This document shows positions 27,261 through 35,408 of a stretch of 64,000 nt of DNA, piece by piece. The stretch's first letter is position 1; each line of letters begins with the position of its first letter. The translations under genes were made by a program, and so were the position numbers. The notes beneath the pieces were generated by a model. It did not search any database and was not told the origin of the DNA. It worked only from the letters and a program-made list of their open reading frames with translations. The stretch is from Minisyncoccota bacterium (GTDB lineage: Bacteria; Patescibacteriota; Minisyncoccia; Moranbacterales; UBA2206), in assembly GCA_031291955.1 (NCBI GenBank), contig JARLIA010000011.1, positions 6,511 through 70,510 on the forward strand. Reading direction: 5' to 3'.

Positions 27261-27629
27261 ATGGCGCATGCATGTTTCGTAGTTCGTAAATTTATGAAAA
27301 AATATTACGACGCGACAAAAAAGTTCCACCGGAAATTCAAGATGAAGGGGACGAATAATGAAGACATGGGTTTCCGCTTGAATCTGATGACGGAAGAACT
27401 AGGCGAACTGGCCCAGGCGGTGACGCGCGGAAAATCGCGGGCGGAAATTTTTGAAGAGAATATCGATCTGTTGAATTTGATTTTGGGAAATTTTGTCAGT
27501 CTCGGCGCAAAACTGTCTGACATTGACAAAGTTTTTTGGCAGAAGCATGAGAAGATCATGAACCGGGAAATAAAAACCATTAACGGGAAGTTGCGAGTGA
27601 GCCATTATGGGAATAAAAAATTAAGATAA
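27261..27629 (+). CDS. MazG-like nucleotide pyrophosphohydrolase (small all-alpha NTP-PPase)
   Basis: LMTEELGELAQAV core with a downstream EE..DLL pattern. Confidence 0.5.
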   Translation: MAHACFVVRKFMKKYYDATKKFHRKFKMKGTNNEDMGFRLNLMTEELGELAQAVTRGKSRAEIFEENIDLLNLILGNFVSLGAKLSDIDKVFWQKHEKIMNREIKTINGKLRVSHYGNKKLR

Positions 27630-27633
27630 AATT

Positions 27634-28047
27634 ATGAAGATAGGAATAATTGGATCGATGCAATTTACGGATAAAATGATTGAATATCGCGATAAGCTTA
27701 ACGCTTTGGGTCATGACGCTTTTATCACTGATTTGCATAAAACAATGATCGGTAAGACAGATAAAGAAATTGAAGAAATAAAAATTCATCAGAAAAACAA
27801 CATGGATGCCATTCGGGAGTTTTGGAGAATGATGCAAGGCGCGGACGCCGTTCTTGTTTTGAATTTGGACAAAAATGGCGTTAAGAATTACGTGGGCGCC
27901 AACACGCTGATGGAAATCGGCTTTGCTCACGTGCTTGATCAGAAAATATTCATGTTGAATGATATTCCTGAGTTTCCCTATTCTAGAACGGAAATTGAAG
28001 CGGTTAAACCGGTTGTTATTAACGGAAATTTGGAATTGATAAAATAG
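27634..28047 (+). CDS. Rossmann-like nucleoside 2-deoxyribosyltransferase / DUF4406-like protein
   Basis: MKIGIIGS...ADAVLVLNLDKNG...GANTLMEIGFAHVLDQKIFML pattern. Confidence 0.35.
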   Translation: MKIGIIGSMQFTDKMIEYRDKLNALGHDAFITDLHKTMIGKTDKEIEEIKIHQKNNMDAIREFWRMMQGADAVLVLNLDKNGVKNYVGANTLMEIGFAHVLDQKIFMLNDIPEFPYSRTEIEAVKPVVINGNLELIK

Positions 28048-28059
28048 AATCACAAAATT

Positions 28060-29067
28060 ATGCTTGTACGAAAAATCGGAATCGATCTCGGGACGGCCAA
28101 CGTTTTGGTGTTTGTGCCGGGGAAAGGAATTGTGGCTAACGAGCCGTCGGTGGTTGCGATAACTCTCGCGGAGAATCGCGTTTTAGCGGTGGGAAACGAC
28201 GCCAAGGAAATGCTTGGGCGCACCCCGGATACCATCCAGGCCTCGCGACCGATGAAAGACGGCGTGATCGCGGATTATAAAATCACCGAAGCCATGCTCA
28301 AATATTTTATCAATAAAGTTTCCGGCAAGTTCCGGCTGATTCGGCCAGAGGTGATGATCTCCATTCCGGTGGGCGTCACTTCCACCGAAAGAAGAGCGGT
28401 GGTTGACGCGGCGGTGCGAGCCGGCGCCAAAGCAGCTTACGTTGTTAAAGAACCGATGTTGGCCGCCATCGGGGCCGGGATTCCGATCGCTAATCCGTCC
28501 GGCAATATGATCATCAATATTGGCGGCGGGACTTCCGAAATCGCGGTGATTTCCTTGGGTGGCATTGTTTCGGCCACCAGCGCTCGAGTGGGCGGAAATA
28601 AGATTGATCAGGCCATTTCCGACTACATCAAACGAAAATACAGTTTGGCTATCGGCGACCGGACGGCTGAGGAAGTGAAAATTACCATTGGCTCGGCCAT
28701 CGCCCAAGTAAAAGAAGAATATATGGACATTCGCGGGCGGGATTTGACAGGCGGGCTGCCGAAAACTGTCAAAATATCATCGAACGAAGTGACGGAAGCC
28801 ATTCAAGACGAACTGCGCGAGATCATCAACGCCATCAAAAAAGTTCTGCAAACCACGCCACCGGAACTGGCGGCTGATATCATGGACAAGGGTATGGTGC
28901 TTTCCGGCGGCGGCGCGCTCATCAAAAACTTGGATGCTCTCATCACTAAGACTATTGGCGTTCCGAGCTACGTGGCCGACGATCCGCTTTTTTGCGTCAT
29001 CAAGGGCATCGGGATCGCGCTTGAGAACCTGGATGTGTATAAACGTACTATCATGCTGTCAAAGTAA
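28060..29067 (+). CDS. mreB: Rod shape-determining protein MreB
   Basis: IGIDLGTANVLVFV, actin-fold phosphate motifs; full length. Confidence 0.9.
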   Translation: MLVRKIGIDLGTANVLVFVPGKGIVANEPSVVAITLAENRVLAVGNDAKEMLGRTPDTIQASRPMKDGVIADYKITEAMLKYFINKVSGKFRLIRPEVMISIPVGVTSTERRAVVDAAVRAGAKAAYVVKEPMLAAIGAGIPIANPSGNMIINIGGGTSEIAVISLGGIVSATSARVGGNKIDQAISDYIKRKYSLAIGDRTAEEVKITIGSAIAQVKEEYMDIRGRDLTGGLPKTVKISSNEVTEAIQDELREIINAIKKVLQTTPPELAADIMDKGMVLSGGGALIKNLDALITKTIGVPSYVADDPLFCVIKGIGIALENLDVYKRTIMLSK

Positions 29068-29198
29068 ATTTCTAATTTTCAATTTCTAATTTCTAAACAA
29101 TTTCCAATACTTCAATGATTAAATTTTAAAGCATTTTTAATTTAAAAATTGAGAAATTAAAAATTGTTTGAAAATTGAAAATTGAAAATTGAAAATTC
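29066..29198. repeat. MITE-like intergenic element, copy 1: left arm aaatttctaattttcaatttctaatttctaaacaatttccaat, right arm aaattgtttgaaaattgaaaattgaaaattgaaaatt with (GAAAATT)n
   Basis: The arms are imperfect reverse complements. It fills the spacer from the mreB stop to the next gene. Homologous copies at 47216-47372 and 61126-61262. Confidence 0.65.
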
Positions 29199-29207
29199 GG
29201 CAGTTTT

Positions 29208-30338
29208 GTGAAGATTGGCATCGACGCTTCTCGGGCTTTCATTTCGAAGCGTACCGGCATCGAGGAATATTCTTATCAAACCATAAAACACTTGAGAAAT
29301 AAATTGGATAAAGCTCAAGTTTTTTTGTATTTAAGAAAAAACCAAAAAGTGGATTTTGACTTGCCGGAAAATTGGAAAGTGAAAATAATCAACTGGCCGC
29401 GACTGTGGACGCAAGCGGGACTGTCGCTGGAACTGCTGTTTCATCCGGTTGACGTTCTATTTGTGCCGGGACACGTCGCGCCGTTGATTCACCCGAGAAA
29501 TACTATTGTTACAATTCATGGTTTGGAATTCGAAACGTATCCGGCCGGGTATTCTTTTTGGGAGAGGAGCTATATGCGTTTCGCGGTAAAATTGTCCTGC
29601 CGGTTTGCCAAAAAAATAATCGCAGTTTCGAAAAATACGAAGAAAGATTTGACGGATTTATACAAAATTACGGAAGGGAAAATTGAAGTGGTCCATGAAG
29701 GAGTGAATAATAATTTTCAATTTTCAATTTTTCCGGCTACGCCGGATCTCGCGAAGCGAGACAATTTTCAAACAATTTCCAATGATAAAATTTCAAATTA
29801 CAAACCATACTTATTATTTATCGGTCGGTTAGAAAAGAGGAAGAATATCGAAGGAATAATTGACGCGTATAAAATCCTGGTCGAAAAACACAAGATTCCG
29901 CACGGTCTGGTGTTGATGGGTGGTCCGGGATATGGTTTTGAAACTATAAAATTGAAAATTGAAAATTGTAAATTGAAAATTGAAACTCTTGGTTATGTCG
30001 ACGAAGCGGTGAAATGGAAATTATTGTCCCACGCGGATATATTTTTATTTCCAAGTTTCTACGAGGGTTTCGGCTTGCCGGTTTTGGAGGCGCAAGGCGT
30101 AGGTACGCCCGTCGTCACTTCTAATGTTTCGTCCCTGCTGGAAGTGGCCGGCGAGGGAGCGGCTTATTGCGTCCCTGGCGAGCCGTTTTCCATTGCCGAA
30201 GCAGCCTGGTCTATTATTCGTGACAAAGATTTTCGAGAAAGCGTAATTGAAAAAGGGCAGGAGAATGTCAAAAGGTTTTCCTGGGAAAAATGCGCGGAAG
30301 AGATTGCTAAAATTTTGACAGGGGAATGGACAAATTAA
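29208..30338 (+). CDS. GT4-family glycosyltransferase (GTG start) containing in-frame heptamer-repeat insertions
   Basis: LLFIGRLEKRKN, FPSFYEGFGLPVLEAQ and GTPVVTS motifs. Inserted segments NNNFQFSIFP...NFQTISNDKISNYKP (29700-29800) and KLKIENCKLKIET (29948-29985) derive from the MITE arm / (TTGAAAA)n repeat. Confidence 0.8.
   Translation: MKIGIDASRAFISKRTGIEEYSYQTIKHLRNKLDKAQVFLYLRKNQKVDFDLPENWKVKIINWPRLWTQAGLSLELLFHPVDVLFVPGHVAPLIHPRNTIVTIHGLEFETYPAGYSFWERSYMRFAVKLSCRFAKKIIAVSKNTKKDLTDLYKITEGKIEVVHEGVNNNFQFSIFPATPDLAKRDNFQTISNDKISNYKPYLLFIGRLEKRKNIEGIIDAYKILVEKHKIPHGLVLMGGPGYGFETIKLKIENCKLKIETLGYVDEAVKWKLLSHADIFLFPSFYEGFGLPVLEAQGVGTPVVTSNVSSLLEVAGEGAAYCVPGEPFSIAEAAWSIIRDKDFRESVIEKGQENVKRFSWEKCAEEIAKILTGEWTN
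29948..29985 (+). repeat. (TTGAAAA)5 heptanucleotide tract inside the GT4 CDS
   Basis: ttgaaaattgaaaattgtaaattgaaaattgaaac. The unit length is not a multiple of 3. Confidence 0.8.
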
Positions 30339-30557
30339 AAAATCGCCGGGAAGGCGATTTCGCCTAACGTATCGGCATCATCTGAAGTTTTTGCGCAGCG
30401 GATAACGGAACAAAAATTTGGGTCGAAATAAATTGACTTTCCTTTGAAATATATTTGTGTCAATTTATTGAGCCAGATATTAGTTGTTGAGCGATGTAGC
30501 TAAAGAAAACATTCCGTATTTGTATCCTTTTTTCGAAAACGCTTGGAATTTTTGTTC

Positions 30558-31211
30558 CTATTTATGTTTTAAATATTTCTCATATGCCTCTCGTAATTCC
30601 GCTGACAATTTTTCAGGGATTGGCGTGGTTAACCCGCTTATAGAGTCGATACTGTATGCGTGAACTTCATCTTCAAGTACTTCTTCGTGATATCCTGCTT
30701 TTGCTCTTAACTCATATTTAATTAGTGTGGTATCGTATTTTAATAGAATTTGTTTAACTTCACTCCTGTAATTATCGTTTGTATAAAATAGGCCGTGAGC
30801 AGTTTCATGAGTCAAGAGTTGATCAATTTTCTTGTTTTCTTTGTGTATGCCGATGATATAAAATACACCAGTTTCACTTTTAAATATTTCCAACATATTT
30901 TTTTCCGCTTCTGAAAGTGGATTAAATCTTCCATCGCAAAATGGTTTCAAAATATATGAAGGAATATTAAATCCATTCCAGTCAGAATAATATGTAAATT
31001 CACCGGTCTTGATTCCATTTGGCGAGGTTTTAATATACCATTGTTTAAATTCATCAAGAGAAAAAATCTTTCCTCTAAAATTTGGCGATTCGTAATGCTC
31101 TTGAAATCTCAGAAAGGTTGAAGTAATGTCTTGCTGGGTTTCAAAAGTAAGCAGGTGAATTTTATCGGCTAATTTTGTGTGTTGTATATCCATGAGTTTA
31201 AAAAATTCCAC
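30558..31211 (-). CDS. Hypothetical protein with an HExxH motif (THETAHGLF); AT-rich
   Basis: 217 aa, no TM segment. Lone minus-strand gene between glycosyltransferase and recombinase genes. Confidence 0.4.
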   Translation of the reverse strand: MEFFKLMDIQHTKLADKIHLLTFETQQDITSTFLRFQEHYESPNFRGKIFSLDEFKQWYIKTSPNGIKTGEFTYYSDWNGFNIPSYILKPFCDGRFNPLSEAEKNMLEIFKSETGVFYIIGIHKENKKIDQLLTHETAHGLFYTNDNYRSEVKQILLKYDTTLIKYELRAKAGYHEEVLEDEVHAYSIDSISGLTTPIPEKLSAELREAYEKYLKHK

Positions 31212-31391
31212 TTGGGGTTTTCTTTTTTAAAAAATTTCAAAAAAGGGCTATCTAAAAAATAAAATTTAAGGGCAAATAAAATTTCCGATAACTCGTTATT
31301 ATGCGAAGTGTTTTCGTAAAGTATACGCAATATTGTATCATTTGCGAATATTGTATATAATTCATCTATACCAATATTATACATCATTGCC

Positions 31392-32213
31392 ATGAAAATG
31401 GAAGAATTACTGATCAAAATAGAAAACGAATTGAAATTGAGAAATTATAGCCGGAAAACCATCAAAAGCTATCTTGCTTGTTTAGCGGAATATTTTCGTT
31501 TTGTGAAAGTTGTCGGCAAAAATCCTGACGTGGCGAAAATAAAGCAATTCCTTTTGGCCAAACAAGACGCGGGACAATCTTCCCAAACAACCAATGTCCA
31601 TTTGCACGCCATTAAATATTTCTATCAAGAAATCACAAAAAGTACCGTGGCAATTGAAATTAAGTTCGCCAAAACTGCCAGCAAACTGCCGGTCGTGTTG
31701 TCGCGATTGGAAATTCAATCGATTCTGGATAACATCAGCAATGAAAAGCATTATTTAATGATCGCGCTGGCCTATGCCGGAGGACTGAGGGTAAGCGAGA
31801 TTACTAATTTGAAAATAAAAGATATTAATTTGGATGAATTGACGATCCATCTGAAAGGCGCCAAGGGCAACAAGGATCGCATCACTATTTTTCCAGAAAA
31901 GTTAAAAAATGATTTCAGCAAGCTTATTGGCGGAAAAAATAGCAACGATTTTGCGTTTGGAAGCGAGCGTGGCGGAAAACTGACCGAACGGACGGCGCAA
32001 AAGGTTTTTGAGAATGCCTTGAAAAATGCTAAAATTCAAAAAGACGCCACTTTCCATTCGCTACGCCACAGTTTTGCCACGCATCTCTTGGAAAACGGCA
32101 CGGACGTGCGCTATGTTCAAGAATTGCTCGGCCATGCTAATATCAGAACAACGCAGATTTATACAAAAGTGACCAATCCGATGTTAAAAAACATCAAGAG
32201 CCCATTATGCTAG
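31392..32213 (+). CDS. Site-specific tyrosine recombinase (XerC/XerD-like, phage-integrase family)
   Basis: N-terminal SAM-like domain (NYSRKTIKSYLACLAEYF). C-terminal HSLRHSFATHLLENGTDVRYVQELLGHANIRTTQIYTKV with the catalytic Tyr. Its 3' end overlaps the next gene by 7 nt. Confidence 0.75.
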   Translation: MKMEELLIKIENELKLRNYSRKTIKSYLACLAEYFRFVKVVGKNPDVAKIKQFLLAKQDAGQSSQTTNVHLHAIKYFYQEITKSTVAIEIKFAKTASKLPVVLSRLEIQSILDNISNEKHYLMIALAYAGGLRVSEITNLKIKDINLDELTIHLKGAKGNKDRITIFPEKLKNDFSKLIGGKNSNDFAFGSERGGKLTERTAQKVFENALKNAKIQKDATFHSLRHSFATHLLENGTDVRYVQELLGHANIRTTQIYTKVTNPMLKNIKSPLC

Positions 32214-33355
32214 ATGAAAAAAAAATAAAAGTTGCCCTAGTCCATGATTTTCTCATTCAGTTCGGCGGCGCCGAGCGGTTTTTGGAGGCGCTGGCGGAAA
32301 TGTTTCCGGCGGCGCCGATTTATACGATCCTATATGATCCGGAAAAAATGCGGGGAAAATTTGCCGGCCGCGACATCCGGACTTCCTTCTTTCAGAAATT
32401 ACCGAAATGTTTACGCAAGCGATATAAATTTCTCCTGCCGCTTCTGCCGACAGCGCCGGAAACTTTCGATCTGCGGGATTTTGATCTAGTGATTTCTTCC
32501 AGTGGGGCTTGGTCGAAGGGGATTGTGACGCGATTGAATACTATCCATATCGCCTATATTCACAGTCCGATGCGGTTTGTTTGGGATTATAATGAAAAAT
32601 ATTTGCAGGAAGAAAGAAAGAGAAAGTTTGGTTTATTCATCCGTCCACTTTTTAGTTATTTCCGTCTTTGGGACAAGTTGGCGGCCGATCGCCCGGATTA
32701 TTTAATTGCCAATTCGAAATATACGCAGGCCAGGATAAAGAAATATTACAGAAGAGAGAGCGAAGTGATTTACCCGCCGGTGGAAATGAAATCCGAAATC
32801 CGAAATCCGAAATCCGAAATAAATTCAAAATTAGAAGCACAAAATCCGAAACAGAATACCAAGTATTTTTTAATTATTTCGCGGTTGAGCGCGTATAAAA
32901 AAATCGACAAAGCTATTAAAGCTTTCAATAAATTGAAATTGCCGTTGGTGATTGTCGGCGAAGGAAAAGAAGCAGAGCGGCTCAAAAAATTGGCCGGAGA
33001 AAATGTGAAATTTTTAGGATTCGTGCCGGAGGAAAAATTGCCGGAAATTTATGCCGGCGCCCGGGCGTTTATTTTCCCCGGCGTGGATGATTTCGGTATC
33101 GCCCCGGTCGAGGCTATGGCGCACGGTGTGCCAGTGATCGCTATTCAGAAAGGTGGCGCCAAAGAAATTGTGGAAGAAGGAAAGACTGGTGAATTTTTCG
33201 CTGAAGCGACCCCGGAAAAAATCGCGGCGGCGGTGAGTAAATTCCTAGAAAAAGAAAAGAACTATGACAGGGAATATATCACCAAGACGACGGAAAGGTT
33301 TTCAAAAGAAAGATTCGTGATGGAATTTAGGGAATATATCGAAAATATGATTTAA
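32207..33355 (+). CDS. Glycosyltransferase (GT4/GT1 fold)
   Basis: ISRLSAYKKIDKAIKAF...GFVPEEKLPEIYAGARAFIFPGVDDFGIAPVEAMAHGVPVIA. Confidence 0.75.
   Translation: MLDEKKIKVALVHDFLIQFGGAERFLEALAEMFPAAPIYTILYDPEKMRGKFAGRDIRTSFFQKLPKCLRKRYKFLLPLLPTAPETFDLRDFDLVISSSGAWSKGIVTRLNTIHIAYIHSPMRFVWDYNEKYLQEERKRKFGLFIRPLFSYFRLWDKLAADRPDYLIANSKYTQARIKKYYRRESEVIYPPVEMKSEIRNPKSEINSKLEAQNPKQNTKYFLIISRLSAYKKIDKAIKAFNKLKLPLVIVGEGKEAERLKKLAGENVKFLGFVPEEKLPEIYAGARAFIFPGVDDFGIAPVEAMAHGVPVIAIQKGGAKEIVEEGKTGEFFAEATPEKIAAAVSKFLEKEKNYDREYITKTTERFSKERFVMEFREYIENMI
32788..32815 (+). repeat. (GAAATCC)4 heptanucleotide tandem repeat inside the glycosyltransferase CDS
   Basis: gaaatccgaaatccgaaatccgaaatcc followed by gaaataa; translated as KSEIRNPKSEI. 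Confidence 0.9.
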
Positions 33356-33381
33356 AATTTCAAATTTAGCCTTTAATATTT

Positions 33382-34257
33382 ATGATTGTCGGTCATCAAA
33401 AAATCCTTAATTTTCTGGATAAAAGCATCGAAAAAGATACGCTTGTCCAGGCCTATCTTTTTTCCGGCCCGGAACATGTCGGGAAGTTTACCGTCGCCAA
33501 GAATTTCGCGCAAAAGCTCACTGACGGAGAGGATAAAAAGATCAATCCTGATTTAGTGGTTATCGCCCCGGAGATTGAGGAAAAGAAAGGAATCATTAAA
33601 AAGAAGGATATCAAAATTGAACAGATCCGGGATTTGCAAAAAGAGCTGTCTTTTTCTCCGTATTTTGGAAAATATAAAATCGCTATTATTGATGACGCCG
33701 ACCGATTGACGACGGCGGCCCAGAACGCTCTGCTCAAAACATTGGAAGAACCGAATGAAAAAAATGTTATCATCTTGATCGTTCAAAATCCGGACAAAAT
33801 CCTGCCGACGATCAAATCAAGATGCGTGGTCAAAAAATTCAATCTTGTCGGCGACGCGGAAATGGCGCCCATGGCTGGGGCGGAAAAAAATAAGCAAGAA
33901 ATTATTTTTTGGTCGCTTGGTCGTCCCGGTTTAGCGTGGACCTTTGCTGATGATCCGGAAGAATTTATGTCGCGGTCATTCGCGAAACAGGAATTTGAAA
34001 AAATATTTCCCGACAATCTTTCTGGTCGGTTTGCTCTGGCTGAGAATTTGAGCAAAGATGTGCCGGCACTCATTGAAAAAATGGATCTTTGGCTGGTATT
34101 GCTTCGGGAGAACATTTTGCGCGCCACCGCCGGGTCTGGCCTTTCGCCGGAAAAATCCCTCTATCTCTTGGAGCATATCGGCGAAAGCCTGAAGGCTATA
34201 AAAGAAACCAACGCCAGCACCCGACTGGTGCTGGAAAATCTTTTTCTCGTTTTCTAG
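33382..34257 (+). CDS. holB: DNA polymerase III delta-prime subunit
   Basis: AYLFSGPEHVGKFTVAKNFAQKL and IAIIDDADRLTTAAQNALLKTLEEP (sensor/box motifs). Confidence 0.75.
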   Translation: MIVGHQKILNFLDKSIEKDTLVQAYLFSGPEHVGKFTVAKNFAQKLTDGEDKKINPDLVVIAPEIEEKKGIIKKKDIKIEQIRDLQKELSFSPYFGKYKIAIIDDADRLTTAAQNALLKTLEEPNEKNVIILIVQNPDKILPTIKSRCVVKKFNLVGDAEMAPMAGAEKNKQEIIFWSLGRPGLAWTFADDPEEFMSRSFAKQEFEKIFPDNLSGRFALAENLSKDVPALIEKMDLWLVLLRENILRATAGSGLSPEKSLYLLEHIGESLKAIKETNASTRLVLENLFLVF

Positions 34258-34363
34258 CATAATTGTTTTTTTAGTTTTATCCTCGCGAATTTACAAATCA
34301 ATTGCGATATGAGAATTATCATATTGAAGAGTTGTTTGTAAATTCGCGGGAGTCTTTTTAAAA

Positions 34364-35302
34364 ATGCTTGAACCGAAAAAAACAAAAACACATTCCCGGA
34401 TCGTTCGGCCAAGGAGAAATCCTATTTGGGCTAAAATAGCTTTCTATTTTCTGCTACTGGTTTTTTTGGGCGCCATTGTTTACCTTCTCTTTTTTTCGGG
34501 AAAATTGTCCATTACTTCCATCCAGGTCAACGGGGCGAAAAATATTTCTTCAAGCGATATTGTTTCCGAAACGGAAGCGCAACTAGCTGGAAAATATCTG
34601 AAGTTTTTTGCCAAGAGCAATATTCTTTTGGTGCGGGACGGAAAAATCCAGGAAGATCTGGCCGGACATTTCCGGCTTATTGAAAATGTTGCGGTTAAGA
34701 AAAAATTTCCCAACACTCTTTTGATTCATATTTTTGAGCGGACGCCGACGCTCGCGGTCTCAACGCCTGATTGCTTCATGCTGGATGAAAACGGTACGGC
34801 CTACGACCAGGCTGATCCGAACGCGGAGACTTTTAAAAACCAGAATCTGATCAGACTCTCCGTCCAAAGCGGCCTCAATGTGGCACTCGGACAGAAAAAT
34901 GTTTTGGATAAGGGATATATGAATTACATCCTCTTCATCAAGCCGCGTCTTAAGAGCGATTTCAATCTGGATGTTTCTTCTGATTTTCAAACGCCTAATC
35001 CGATGGCGGAGGAAGCGGACGTTAAAACTCAACAGGGCTGGATGATTTATTTCAGCACCGCGATCCCGCTCGACAAAGAACTGCAGATGCTTCAGGCCGT
35101 TCTGGGTAGCCAGATAAATTCCGACCAACGGAAAGATTTGGAATATGTCGATCTGCGGATCGACAATAAAGTTTATTACAAACTGAAAAATTCCGACACT
35201 AACACGGAAGTCGACCAAAATGGTTCTCAAAATAATACGAACCCAACAGATCAGCCAATCAATACTGGCACGAATAATAAAGACAAGAAGAAAAAGAAAT
35301 AG
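34364..35302 (+). CDS. FtsQ/DivIB-like cell division protein (single TM segment plus POTRA-like region)
   Basis: N-terminal TM segment IAFYFLLLVFLGAIVYLLFF followed by ITSIQVNGAKNISSSDIV. Confidence 0.5.
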   Translation: MLEPKKTKTHSRIVRPRRNPIWAKIAFYFLLLVFLGAIVYLLFFSGKLSITSIQVNGAKNISSSDIVSETEAQLAGKYLKFFAKSNILLVRDGKIQEDLAGHFRLIENVAVKKKFPNTLLIHIFERTPTLAVSTPDCFMLDENGTAYDQADPNAETFKNQNLIRLSVQSGLNVALGQKNVLDKGYMNYILFIKPRLKSDFNLDVSSDFQTPNPMAEEADVKTQQGWMIYFSTAIPLDKELQMLQAVLGSQINSDQRKDLEYVDLRIDNKVYYKLKNSDTNTEVDQNGSQNNTNPTDQPINTGTNNKDKKKKK

Positions 35303-35408
35303 TCTGAATCACTAATCCCGCTTGTCGGGACTGATTTTCACGTGAATATACATGAAAAAAGCTCGGCTAAGTCCGAGCTTTTAAAATTTCAGTGTAATCA
35401 CGTGTTAA

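Noticed and set aside
29066-29198. CRISPR array suggested by the regularly spaced gaaaatt/ttgaaaa repeats (also 47216-47372, 61126-61262, 29948-29985)
   Set aside because: Units are 7 nt tandem repeats with no spacers, no cas genes nearby, and the arms are mutual reverse complements. This is MITE-like or microsatellite, not CRISPR.
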